From Thermodesulfobacteriota bacterium (lineage in GTDB: Bacteria > Desulfobacterota_D > UBA1144 > Nemesobacterales > JAJCZQ01): a stretch of DNA of 64,000 bases. Position 1 is the stretch's first letter; each line of letters starts with the position of its first letter. Below, piece after piece: positions 48,259 to 58,070 of the stretch. The stretch covers positions 1,056,001 to 1,120,000 of the forward strand of contig CBDBDR010000017.1 of the NCBI GenBank assembly GCA_965203965.1, given 5' to 3'. Position numbers and translations under genes: made by a program. Under the pieces are notes generated by a model. It was not told the DNA's origin and did not search any database. It was given only the letters and a program-made list of their open reading frames with translations.

Positions 48259-48750
48259 TCACGCCTGAACTTCTTCTTTTCTCTTTTCTCTTCTTTCAAT
48301 TCCTTCAATTTTTATGATCTTCCATTTCCCAAAATTGGATTTTTCAATATAGATCGTGATATTTTCTGGTGCGTTGTTTAACCCCAGAACACCAACTTCA
48401 ACACCATTCCTTATGCCGGTGGCTTCCACGTCCATGTTGACAATTGCAATTTTTCTTTCGCCTTGCTTCTCCACTCTTGAGGTTAAATTTGAAAAAGAAC
48501 CTTTTAACGTATCAAATTCATCAAATGTATTTTTCACTATATTTCTGATGATAATATAGTTATAACCAGAGTCGTCTTTATAATGAATAGAAAAAAAAAC
48601 CATAAACTTCTCAAGGTCTTCAGATTCAGCTGATTTTATTATCTCGTTAAAATAAGCGGTAAAAAATCCATCTCCCTCTCTGTTTTTCATAAACAGGATC
48701 AAAATTAAAAGCAGTATTGGCAACAAAATAAATATTTTCTTCATTGTCAT
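48259..48750 (-). CDS. hypothetical exported protein (possible NTF2-like fold)
   Basis: N-terminal TM helix; FFSIHYKD and KWKIIK pattern. Confidence 0.6.
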   Translation of the reverse strand: MTMKKIFILLPILLLILILFMKNREGDGFFTAYFNEIIKSAESEDLEKFMVFFSIHYKDDSGYNYIIIRNIVKNTFDEFDTLKGSFSNLTSRVEKQGERKIAIVNMDVEATGIRNGVEVGVLGLNNAPENITIYIEKSNFGKWKIIKIEGIERREKRKEEVQA

Positions 48751-51059
48751 ATATGCTCAATCACGTCCATACCGTTTGGACTGACTTTAATTTTTACCAT
48801 ACCCACTACCTCCGTATCGTAAACTTTTAACCGTTCGGACGGGTAGTTATTGCCCGTGCACTTTTTGCAAACTACAACGTCTGGATTGAACGTCTCAATA
48901 ACTGCTCCGTAGCCACCTGAATATTTTAATTCCGGCAAAAACACGGCTTTGATCTCCCCTTTGATTGATTGTTTTATTGATACCATATCGCTCAAGCTGA
49001 ACTTCTCAATAGACTCGCCTAAAATTATAACACTCCCCTTGAAATTTATGGAAATTAAAACGGGTTTGGGAAGTTTTGAATCAAAAATATGATATGGATT
49101 TTTCTGGCGGTAAAAAACGACTTCAGTGTCTCCTGAACTGAAACTGTCCTTTTCATAATGTATCTTATGCACGTCAATATCCTTCTGGTAGATGCTTTCC
49201 CATAATGTGTTGCTGAGCTTTGAACCGTTTATCCATAGCTCATCGGGTCTTGTTCTCTTTATAAGAGTATTGAGACCTTTCAGGTGTGATCTGTCAAGAG
49301 AGGTGTAAACCACCAAATCCAGTGAAGTGATCCGCTCATGCAACAGGAAAGGTATAAGGACGGAGCGGTCAATAAAATCAGATCTGGAATTAGGAGAAAA
49401 TCCACCGTTAAAGACTATCTTTTTTGAATCCGGTAATTTCAAGACTGTTATATTCTTTCTTCCCGAGTCCAGAAAGTAGGCTTCAAGTTGTCCATCAGCA
49501 GAGTGATGAACATCAACAACGTTAATAAACACAAGAAGAAAAAAGACTGGTGGCAATAAATACCGGAGTTTCCTGTGACCCTGTTGTAATAAGATCAGTA
49601 ACCCCAAAAAATACAACAGGAAAATAGAAAAAAGACCGAGCCTGTGCACTGTTAAATAAGCAAAGCCGGTTTTCTCAAACAACTCCGTTATATAGAGTAG
49701 GAAACTGACAAAATACAGATTTGCATTTATCATTATAAATCCCGCTAAATAAGTGCTCAGCATGAACGCGGCTACAGATAAAAGACACAGCGGTAGGATT
49801 AGCAGTTCCACAATAGGCAGAACAACCAAATTGGCGGGAACAGTAAGGACCGGCAAGTAGCCAAAGGCATTAAGGGAAATAGGAATTGTGACAAAAGTTG
49901 CTGCAATCGTGGTTTTAATAACTGAAAGCAGATTATTTTTTAACCCTCCTATCTTAAAAGGGTAATACAAATGGATCATAAAAATCCCAAATACAGACAG
50001 AAACGACAGTTGAAATGCAAGGTCAAATAAGGAATTCGGATTTACAACAAGGATCAGTAAACCAGCAAAGCCAAGCGTGTTCAACTTGAACTCTTCCTTA
50101 CCGATGATGATCGCAATCAAATATACCACTATCATTATAGCTGCCCTTATTGATGATATGGAAAAACCCGTCAGTGGGGTGTAAAGCAAAACTGGTAGAA
50201 TTGTCATCAAAGCTGCAATTCTTGGAACTTCGTATTGCAACATCAGGTATTCGGAACGTTTTAACAACCATTTAATAATAAAGTAAAAAGCAAAGGCAAA
50301 CATACCAACGTGCAAACCGGAAATTGCAAGAATATGGGATAAGCCAAGCGCAGAAAACCTGTCTTTGAGATTTGACGGCAGATAACTCTTATCCCCAACG
50401 CTGAGAGCGTTTATTATCTCACTGTGCGGATATGGAACAACAGATCTCGCAAACTGAACATACTCCATCCTGAAAAGGTTTACTTGGTATAAAATAGGAT
50501 TTACAGACTGGCTTTTTCCATGAATTGTCAACCTGCCGCTGGAAGCGAAGGCAGAGTAGTGAATATTCTTCAACTTGTAAAAACCATCAATATCAAAACT
50601 GCCGGGATTTTCAAAATTCCCGATCTTTTCAAGCCTGACACCTTCGATCGATACACGGTCACCGTAGTATAGTTTTCTTTCCATTTTACCAAGATACAAA
50701 ACTACCTTTTCATCAAGACGGAAACTGCTGCCGCTATTTTCTATCTCGTCTATTTGAACTATCAACCTCACACTGTTCTCTCTGATTTCTGGATTTCTTT
50801 CCAGAACACCACTGATTTTTACCTTTTTTCCTGCTACATGCTCAATTTCCTTAACGGGTTCGTAATTGACCGTTAGAACAATCCCGAGCGGAATAAATGC
50901 GAGGAACGCAAGGGTGTTTTTTTTTAATATCAATATTAGGAAGGGAAAAAATACTGCCAAAGTTACAAAAACAGACGGATCCAGATGTTTTTTAAGTAAA
51001 ATTCCTAAAATAAAGGATATAAGACAAAATAATATCCTGTGTTTAACGAATAGCGTCAT
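48747..51059 (-). CDS. comEC: DNA uptake protein ComEC/Rec2
   Basis: NPGSFD, GLSHILAISGLHVG, SSIRAAIM, FQLSF. Confidence 0.92.
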   Translation of the reverse strand: MTLFVKHRILFCLISFILGILLKKHLDPSVFVTLAVFFPFLILILKKNTLAFLAFIPLGIVLTVNYEPVKEIEHVAGKKVKISGVLERNPEIRENSVRLIVQIDEIENSGSSFRLDEKVVLYLGKMERKLYYGDRVSIEGVRLEKIGNFENPGSFDIDGFYKLKNIHYSAFASSGRLTIHGKSQSVNPILYQVNLFRMEYVQFARSVVPYPHSEIINALSVGDKSYLPSNLKDRFSALGLSHILAISGLHVGMFAFAFYFIIKWLLKRSEYLMLQYEVPRIAALMTILPVLLYTPLTGFSISSIRAAIMIVVYLIAIIIGKEEFKLNTLGFAGLLILVVNPNSLFDLAFQLSFLSVFGIFMIHLYYPFKIGGLKNNLLSVIKTTIAATFVTIPISLNAFGYLPVLTVPANLVVLPIVELLILPLCLLSVAAFMLSTYLAGFIMINANLYFVSFLLYITELFEKTGFAYLTVHRLGLFSIFLLYFLGLLILLQQGHRKLRYLLPPVFFLLVFINVVDVHHSADGQLEAYFLDSGRKNITVLKLPDSKKIVFNGGFSPNSRSDFIDRSVLIPFLLHERITSLDLVVYTSLDRSHLKGLNTLIKRTRPDELWINGSKLSNTLWESIYQKDIDVHKIHYEKDSFSSGDTEVVFYRQKNPYHIFDSKLPKPVLISINFKGSVIILGESIEKFSLSDMVSIKQSIKGEIKAVFLPELKYSGGYGAVIETFNPDVVVCKKCTGNNYPSERLKVYDTEVVGMVKIKVSPNGMDVIEHI

Positions 51060-51544
51060 TAATGATCATCACATTCTTTGCAAAGAACGGTGGCGGTTGC
51101 AGCTATCCCTTCCCCTGAACCAATGGCTCCCATATTCTCGGCAGTTGTGGCTTTTATTCCGATCCTATCCCTGCTTAAATTCAGCACTTTTGATATGGTA
51201 TCTTTCATTGGATCAACGTAAGGAGCGATCTTCGGCTTTTCACAGATAAGCACCGTATCAAGATTTATGATCTCCAACCCTTTCAATTCAAGCATTTTTA
51301 TCACCTTTTCAAGAAGTGTTATGCTTGATACACCTTTGTAACGTGCATCATCGTCTGGAAAATGGAATCCAATATCTTTCTCGCCTATCGCACCAAGTAA
51401 AGCGTCACAAATCGCATGGACAAGCACGTCTGCATCGGAATGCCCCTTCAATCCAAACTCATAGGGAATCTCAACCCCACCCAACACAAGCCTTGAACTC
51501 TGCTCAAATCTATGCGCATCAACACCATGTCCTACTCTATACAC
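51059..51544 (-). CDS. ispF: 2-C-methyl-D-erythritol 2,4-cyclodiphosphate synthase
   Basis: RVGHGVDAH, GHSDADV, DIGFHFP, IKATT. Confidence 0.96.
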   Translation of the reverse strand: MYRVGHGVDAHRFEQSSRLVLGGVEIPYEFGLKGHSDADVLVHAICDALLGAIGEKDIGFHFPDDDARYKGVSSITLLEKVIKMLELKGLEIINLDTVLICEKPKIAPYVDPMKDTISKVLNLSRDRIGIKATTAENMGAIGSGEGIAATATVLCKECDDH

Positions 51545-52251
51545 TATTTAATGCTCCTAACGTGACCGCCCATCATTAATTCAGCAAGTTTCATATCTTC
51601 GGAACTTGTTACCTTGAAATTAAATTCTGAACCTCTGGTAATATGAACCTTATGTCCTGCGCATTCCACTATTTGTGCTTCATCGGTAAAGATGCTGTTT
51701 TTCAAATCCACTTTTTCATAGCCATCTCTAAGTATGCCACACTTAAAAGCCTGAGGGGTTTGTGCTCGCCAGATTGAACTTCGAGACAGGGTGTTTTTGA
51801 CAATTTCATTATTCACCATTTTAAGAGTGTCCGTAATTGGAATGGCGGAGATAACACAACCTTTTGTATTTGCTTCTGAAATTATTTTATCAATAAAGTC
51901 CGGTGTCACAAAAGGTCTTGCCGCGTCATGGACAACAACGATCTTTGCATCACCCCTAACGGCTTCAAAACCTTTCTTTACGGAATCCTGCCTAACGTCC
52001 CCGCCTTCAACAACTTTTACTTGATCGGTGAATGAGTTTTTCCCTATTATCTCTTTTTCAACAAAATTTACGTCGTCCCGTGAAACAACCAGAACTATCT
52101 CCCCCACGGATAAACTTTTCTGAAAAGATTTGAGACAAAAAGAAAGCAAGGGTTTTCCTTGTATTTTGACAAATTGCTTTTTTGAACTTCCCTCGAACCT
52201 GGACCCAGTTCCCGCGGCTGGGATAATGGCTGATGCTTTTATATCAGGCAT
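51544..52251 (-). CDS. ispD: 2-C-methyl-D-erythritol 4-phosphate cytidylyltransferase
   Basis: IPAAGTGSR, RQDSV, VHDAARP, AQTPQAF. Confidence 0.96.
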   Translation of the reverse strand: MPDIKASAIIPAAGTGSRFEGSSKKQFVKIQGKPLLSFCLKSFQKSLSVGEIVLVVSRDDVNFVEKEIIGKNSFTDQVKVVEGGDVRQDSVKKGFEAVRGDAKIVVVHDAARPFVTPDFIDKIISEANTKGCVISAIPITDTLKMVNNEIVKNTLSRSSIWRAQTPQAFKCGILRDGYEKVDLKNSIFTDEAQIVECAGHKVHITRGSEFNFKVTSSEDMKLAELMMGGHVRSIK

Positions 52252-52258
52252 TTAAATG

Positions 52259-53275
52259 TTAAGCCAAGGCAGCCTCTTTTATTCTGGCAAAGACCATCTT
52301 CCCAGTTGAAGTCTGAAGAACACTCTTTACGGTAACCTGAATCTCTTTTCCCAGATGCTTGCGTCCCTCCTCAACCACCACCATTGTACCGTCATCAAGA
52401 TAGCCGACCGCCTGATGATAATCTTTACCTTCCTTCACAAGTTTGATCTGAATTATGTCGTCCGACATTACTGCGGACCTCAAGACGCTTGAAAGTTCGT
52501 TTAAGTTTAAAACCCTTATGTTCTGTATGGATGCAACCTTATTTAAGTTTGAGTCGTTGGTAACTATAACGGCATCCATAATCTTTGCCAATTCCACCAG
52601 TTTGAGGTCTGCTTCCTTGATGCGGGGAAAATCGTAATTTGTTATTTTTATACTGAATCCGTCTATACCACTTTGCATTTTTTTAAGTATATCAAGTCCC
52701 CTTTTACCTCGGACCCGCCTTGTGCTGTCCGGAGAATCTGCAATATACTGCAATTCCTTGATTATAAACTCGGGAACAATTACACTACCATCCAGAAAAC
52801 CGGCTTCTGCAATGTCTGATATTCTCCCGTCAATAATAACGCTCGTATCCAGAATTTTTATTTTAGGTTTTTCGCCAATTTCACTCCCTGTAAAACTAAA
52901 CCTCTTGAAAGAATGGCCGTAGTCGCCACCTTCACCTTTATATATTCCAAATGATATTCCCAGTGACAGTAAAAAACAGAAACCTATCACCTTACTAACA
53001 ATGATCAAATTTGCTGGAATGCCAGATGAGTCTACAACCTGCGACAAACTAAAAAAGATCAGCATGGAAACAGTAATGCTAATGCCTATGGCAATAACGG
53101 ATCTTACAGATAATTTCTGGGATAGAAAATGGATGATCAAAAAAAACAACAGTGAGCATAATGAAATAACCACAGTCAGGTAAAAAGATTGGCTGAGCGA
53201 ATAATCAGCAATATTGTGTAATACAACAAAACTCACTATTCCAATCACCACTGAAAAGAATATGTCCAGTATCAT
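52259..53275 (-). CDS. PIN/TRAM domain membrane protein (YacL-like)
   Basis: KILDTSVIIDGRI, TNDSNLNKVA, GYLDDGTMVVVE. Confidence 0.92.
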   Translation of the reverse strand: MILDIFFSVVIGIVSFVVLHNIADYSLSQSFYLTVVISLCSLLFFLIIHFLSQKLSVRSVIAIGISITVSMLIFFSLSQVVDSSGIPANLIIVSKVIGFCFLLSLGISFGIYKGEGGDYGHSFKRFSFTGSEIGEKPKIKILDTSVIIDGRISDIAEAGFLDGSVIVPEFIIKELQYIADSPDSTRRVRGKRGLDILKKMQSGIDGFSIKITNYDFPRIKEADLKLVELAKIMDAVIVTNDSNLNKVASIQNIRVLNLNELSSVLRSAVMSDDIIQIKLVKEGKDYHQAVGYLDDGTMVVVEEGRKHLGKEIQVTVKSVLQTSTGKMVFARIKEAALA

Positions 53276-53424
53276 ATCATCTAACCTTTTTGAATTACCA
53301 TTTCATAGTAAATTGACATCACAGTTAATTATATTTAATAAAGCAACCATAGACAAATAGAACTATCCAGATTGAAATTCATACTGCTCATGCTAACTTA
53401 TTTATCTACCCGTAAGGAACCTCA

Positions 53425-54177
53425 ATGAGAATTTACACGCTTGCAAGTGGCAGCTCAGGCAACTCCCTCTACATAGAATCTGAATACTCCAAAATACTTG
53501 TTGATGCCGGACTCCGTCCGAGAGTTCTAAAAAACAGACTAATATCTCTGGGAGTGGATTTGAGCCAAATTGACGCAGCTATTATTACCCATGAGCATAC
53601 GGACCATACAAGGTCAATAACAAAACTACCAATCCCTATTTATGTATCAGCCAAAACAGTTCACTTATGGAAAAACAAGGTTGAGAAACTGAACCAGTTT
53701 GAAAACAACGGGCAGTTTGCAATAAAAGACATGAAAGTCACCCCTTTTTCAGTTCCCCACGATGCAATTGACCCAGTGGGTTTCACGATTGAATTTGATG
53801 GAACAAAAATCAGCATCGTAACAGATATTGGATACGCTACCGGTCTTGTCATTGAAAGGTTGCAAAAATCAAACATACTCGTATTGGAGTCAAACCATGA
53901 CATGAAAATGTTACTTTACGGTAGCTATCCGTGGGAGTTGAAGCAAAGAATAAAAGGGAAACTGGGACATCTTTCCAATTCACAGTCTGCATCTCTCCTT
54001 AATGCTGTTTACCACGATGGAATACGGCATGTTATCCTGGCACATTTAAGCAGGGTAAACAACTGTCCGCAGGTTGCTCATAGTGAGTTCGCAGCCATAC
54101 TGAAAAATAAAGGGAACGATCACACAAATATCCATCTCGCACCGAGAAATTCCGTTGCAGAGGTAACAAACTCTTGA
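53425..54177 (+). CDS. MBL-fold metallo-hydrolase (YycJ/WalJ-like)
   Basis: LASGSSGN, THEHTDH, VPHDA, ESNHD, GHLSN. Confidence 0.9.
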   Translation: MRIYTLASGSSGNSLYIESEYSKILVDAGLRPRVLKNRLISLGVDLSQIDAAIITHEHTDHTRSITKLPIPIYVSAKTVHLWKNKVEKLNQFENNGQFAIKDMKVTPFSVPHDAIDPVGFTIEFDGTKISIVTDIGYATGLVIERLQKSNILVLESNHDMKMLLYGSYPWELKQRIKGKLGHLSNSQSASLLNAVYHDGIRHVILAHLSRVNNCPQVAHSEFAAILKNKGNDHTNIHLAPRNSVAEVTNS

Positions 54178-55466
54178 TAGGCAGATATTCCAGAGAAAAA
54201 ATGTCACAAATTTGGACTGATGAAGCCAAATACCAAAACTGGCTCAAGGTTGAAATAGCAGTCTGTGAAGCATGGGCGGAGCTCGGTGTAATTCCCCGAA
54301 GATCCCTGAACATTATTAGAAAAAAAGCTAAATTCAATGTGGAAAGGATCAACAAATTAGAGAAAGATCTAAAACACGACGTAATCGCCTTCCTAACCTG
54401 TGTTGCTGAAAACGTTGGAAACGACTCAAGGTTCATACACTTGGGACTAACGTCCTCCGACATAATTGATACCTCATTTTCAATGCAATTAAGAGACACA
54501 AGCAACATTATCATAGAAGATATACAAAACCTGCTCCAAGAGCTAAAAAAAATGGCTTATGAACATAAAAATACTCCTATGATAGGAAGATCTCATGGTA
54601 TTCACGCTGAACCTAAAACCCTGGGTCTTGTGTTTGCTCTTTGGTATGATGAATTCAACAGAAATCTTGAAAGAATGATAAGGGCAAGAAAAACGGTAAG
54701 CGTGGGTATGATGTCAGGCGCCGTGGGAACTTATGCCAATATTGATCCAAAAGTAGAAGAAATCGCGTGTGCAAAGCTGGGACTCATGCCTGCAAATATC
54801 TCAACGCAAGTGATCCATCGTGATATACATGCCGAGTATTTTTTGACTCTTTCTCTCATAGCAGCAGCCGTTGAAAGAGTAGCAACCGAGGTCAGGCACT
54901 TTCAAAGAACCGAGGTTCTGGAGATTGAAGAGTTTTTTGACAAGAAACAAAAAGGCTCCTCTGCCATGCCTCACAAACGAAACCCCGTGCTTTCAGAAAA
55001 CCTCTGTGGTTTATCAAGATTGGTGAGATCTTCAGTAATACCTGCACTGGAGAACATCTCTCTATGGCACGATAGGGACATAAGCCACTCATCGGTTGAA
55101 CGTGTAATAGGTCCCGATTCAGCAATACTGACGGACTTTATGCTGAACAGGCTAACCACCATGGTCAGTAAGCTAAAAATATACTCGGACAATTTAGAAA
55201 GGAACATCTGGACGACAAACGGACTTGTGTTTTCCCAAAAAGTGCTTTTAAAACTTATTTCCAAAGGCTATACCAGGGAAAAAGCTTATTCTATCGTTCA
55301 ACGAAACGCCATGAAATGCTGGAAATCAAAAAACAATTTTATGGAACTGCTATCAAAGGATAAAAACGTTAAATCTGTCCTTAATAATGACGAACTTGCT
55401 TCTTGTTTTGAAATTGATCCATACCTCAAAAACGTTGATTTTATTTTTGGCAAAGTGTTTTCCTGA
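54174..55466 (+). CDS. purB: adenylosuccinate lyase
   Basis: HLGLTSSD, GRSHG, GSSAMPHKRNP. Confidence 0.97.
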   Translation: MIGRYSREKMSQIWTDEAKYQNWLKVEIAVCEAWAELGVIPRRSLNIIRKKAKFNVERINKLEKDLKHDVIAFLTCVAENVGNDSRFIHLGLTSSDIIDTSFSMQLRDTSNIIIEDIQNLLQELKKMAYEHKNTPMIGRSHGIHAEPKTLGLVFALWYDEFNRNLERMIRARKTVSVGMMSGAVGTYANIDPKVEEIACAKLGLMPANISTQVIHRDIHAEYFLTLSLIAAAVERVATEVRHFQRTEVLEIEEFFDKKQKGSSAMPHKRNPVLSENLCGLSRLVRSSVIPALENISLWHDRDISHSSVERVIGPDSAILTDFMLNRLTTMVSKLKIYSDNLERNIWTTNGLVFSQKVLLKLISKGYTREKAYSIVQRNAMKCWKSKNNFMELLSKDKNVKSVLNNDELASCFEIDPYLKNVDFIFGKVFS

Positions 55467-55563
55467 AAAAACATCTGCAATAATAATTGATTTATATAAT
55501 ACTGATTGGTATCTTTCCTGAATAGTGTTACTAAATCAAAGTTGTGGTGGAGGATATAAATTA

Positions 55564-56568
55564 ATGAAAAAGTTTCTGATTTTGATTTCACTTCTCGGTT
55601 TACCTCTGACTTTATCATGCGATAAGATAAGCAAAGCTGAAACCATGAAGAAAGAGATAAGCCAAGAGACACAAGACAGGCTAGTTTCTTTCTTCAAATC
55701 AAAGCATAGTTCAATGCTTCCTGCCAATACGGAAGTAAAACTCGGAGATTTCAAAGAAAGTGAAGCAAAGGGTCTCACTCAAGGAGTGTTTAAATTATCA
55801 ATACCCGGCAGTCAGCAGGATATACCCGTTCCGTTCCTGATAGGAGAAGACAGTAAACACATAATTATCAATCTGGCGAAAATAGTAAACCTTGGAGAAT
55901 TGGAAAAATCGAAAATAAATGGATTTAATGAAGGAAAGATAGATTTAGCGGTAAACCCTCTTCCTATACTGGTAAGTGAAGACGGCAGCCAATTAATTGT
56001 AGGAGAGATACTTGACTCCAGCGTTGACCCTCGCCAGGAAGTTATCAGCAATATACAGCTTGATAACGTCCCGTTCAAGGGTGAAAAAGACGCAAAAATT
56101 ACGGTGGTTGAATACTCGGATTTTCAGTGTCCATACTGTAAAAGCGCAAGTGACGCAATACCAAACTTGATTGAAGAGTATAAGGGAAAGATAAAGTTGG
56201 TTTTTAAGCAGTTTCCATTACCAAATCACCATTGGGCAAAACCCGCTTCAATAGCCTCTCTTTGTGCTTATGAGCAGGATAACGACAAGTTCTGGAAATA
56301 CCACGACCTTATATTTGCAAGCCAGAGGGACATAACACTGGCAAATTCAAAGGAGAAGTTTAAAGAGTTTGCAAAAAAGTCCGACTTGAACGAGGATGAA
56401 TTTAATAAATGCCTGAGTTCCAAAACCATCGCTGAAAAGGTTGAAGCAGAAATAAATGAAGGCCGTGGAGTTGGCGTGAACTCAACTCCAACCTTTATCG
56501 TTGATGGACTTATAATTCCTGGGGCAGACATGAAAAGGGTCAGGAATGAAATAAACTCCAGATTGTAA
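55564..56568 (+). CDS. DsbA/thioredoxin-domain lipoprotein
   Basis: Lipobox LTLSC; EYSDFQCPYC; GVNSTPTF. Confidence 0.88.
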   Translation: MKKFLILISLLGLPLTLSCDKISKAETMKKEISQETQDRLVSFFKSKHSSMLPANTEVKLGDFKESEAKGLTQGVFKLSIPGSQQDIPVPFLIGEDSKHIIINLAKIVNLGELEKSKINGFNEGKIDLAVNPLPILVSEDGSQLIVGEILDSSVDPRQEVISNIQLDNVPFKGEKDAKITVVEYSDFQCPYCKSASDAIPNLIEEYKGKIKLVFKQFPLPNHHWAKPASIASLCAYEQDNDKFWKYHDLIFASQRDITLANSKEKFKEFAKKSDLNEDEFNKCLSSKTIAEKVEAEINEGRGVGVNSTPTFIVDGLIIPGADMKRVRNEINSRL

Positions 56569-56688
56569 GTCTTGATTAGGATGTTAACTCAAAACATCTG
56601 AAAAAACGTACAAGTTGGATCTGAAAATCTCCGACTGTTCTTCACAAACTAAAGCGAGTTCCAGCGTGTTTTTGGAAACCGCATCAAG

Positions 56689-57939
56689 ATGGTCATGGAA
56701 GTAATAGAACAATTAAACCAAAAGGCAGAGTCCAAGTCCGATGAGTTGAAAAAATGGTTTGAAAGCCACTTAAAAAATATACTCATTCCCCTTTACTCTT
56801 CTGTTGATCTCAGGGTGGCAGATAAAAAGATCGTTCCCGTTGATACCAACATATTCCCAGCAGGATATAACAATCTTACGGAAAATTTCCGAATTAACAC
56901 CGGTAGACTGTTTAAAAGGGTGCTGAGCAAAAAATACCCAAATTCCGGAAAAATTTTGATAATCTCTGAACTTCACACTAAAAACAGTTTTTACTGGGAA
57001 AATGTAAGAACTCTTAAAACAATTCTGGAAAACGTGGAATATGAAGTACAGGTTGGCATTGTGGATAAGAGATTTACCTTGGATAAATTTGCATTTACTA
57101 CGGCAAGTGGTGCTGAAGTCGAAGCGCATAAGATCATAGACAAAGGCCGCAGGGTTTTTGTTGATGGATTTGATCCGGACGTAATACTGCTCAACAACGA
57201 TTTTTCTGAAAAATGTCCTAAAAATCTAAGGGACACCATACAACCCGTGGAGCCACCCGTCGAAATGGGCTGGCACAGCAGGCGCAAAGACACACATTTT
57301 GAGTTCTACAATTCCCTTGCCCGTGAGGTGGCAAAAATATTGGAAATTGACCCTTGGATCATAAGCATAGAGACACGTCTGGTCAAAGACGTGAATTTTG
57401 AAACGATAAAAGACAGGAATAAAGTATATGAAGTTGCGAATAAACAACTTTCATTTCTAAAAAAACAGTATGCAAACAGGAATATAGAATACGAACCGAC
57501 GCTTTTTATTAAAAGTAATTCAGGCACATACGGAATGGCTGTATTAGGCATTACAAATGCAGAATCAATAGTTCTAATGAACTCAAATAACAGGAAAAGA
57601 TTAAGGGTTACAAAAGGCGGAAGACCCGTAAGAGATTTCATTGTGCAGGAATGTATCCCCACTGTTCTGAAAACAAAAGAAGGCAATTTTGCTGAACCCG
57701 TTATCTATCTTGTTGACAACGAAGTGGCAGGAGGATTTTTCAGGGTTAATGCGGAAAAGAAAGAAAACGAAAATCTTAATTCAAAAGGCATGGCTTTTGA
57801 GCCTTTTATCAATACAGTAGGTGGATTTGACAGCATACCTCCAATCTTTGAACTGATCTCCAAAGTAGCAGTTATTGCATCTGGATACGAAATAGAAAAA
57901 ATAATAATGGAAGGTGGTTGCAGGGAAACCGCGAGTTAA
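56689..57939 (+). CDS. gshA: glutamate--cysteine ligase (GshA, ATP-grasp type)
   Basis: LYSSVDLR, VDTNIFPAGYNN, LLNNDFS, GTYGM, GGFFR...NLNSKG. Confidence 0.85.
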   Translation: MVMEVIEQLNQKAESKSDELKKWFESHLKNILIPLYSSVDLRVADKKIVPVDTNIFPAGYNNLTENFRINTGRLFKRVLSKKYPNSGKILIISELHTKNSFYWENVRTLKTILENVEYEVQVGIVDKRFTLDKFAFTTASGAEVEAHKIIDKGRRVFVDGFDPDVILLNNDFSEKCPKNLRDTIQPVEPPVEMGWHSRRKDTHFEFYNSLAREVAKILEIDPWIISIETRLVKDVNFETIKDRNKVYEVANKQLSFLKKQYANRNIEYEPTLFIKSNSGTYGMAVLGITNAESIVLMNSNNRKRLRVTKGGRPVRDFIVQECIPTVLKTKEGNFAEPVIYLVDNEVAGGFFRVNAEKKENENLNSKGMAFEPFINTVGGFDSIPPIFELISKVAVIASGYEIEKIIMEGGCRETAS

Positions 57940-58070
57940 TCCTCTATCTCAAATTCCAATCAAAAAAAATTAACTCCTCCGACAGAATTTGAATTGATTC
58001 TGATTTCCAATTAGGTAGAAACTTACAGATTTACAGTCTCATTTAATCAACCAAATTAAAGGACGTTCAG

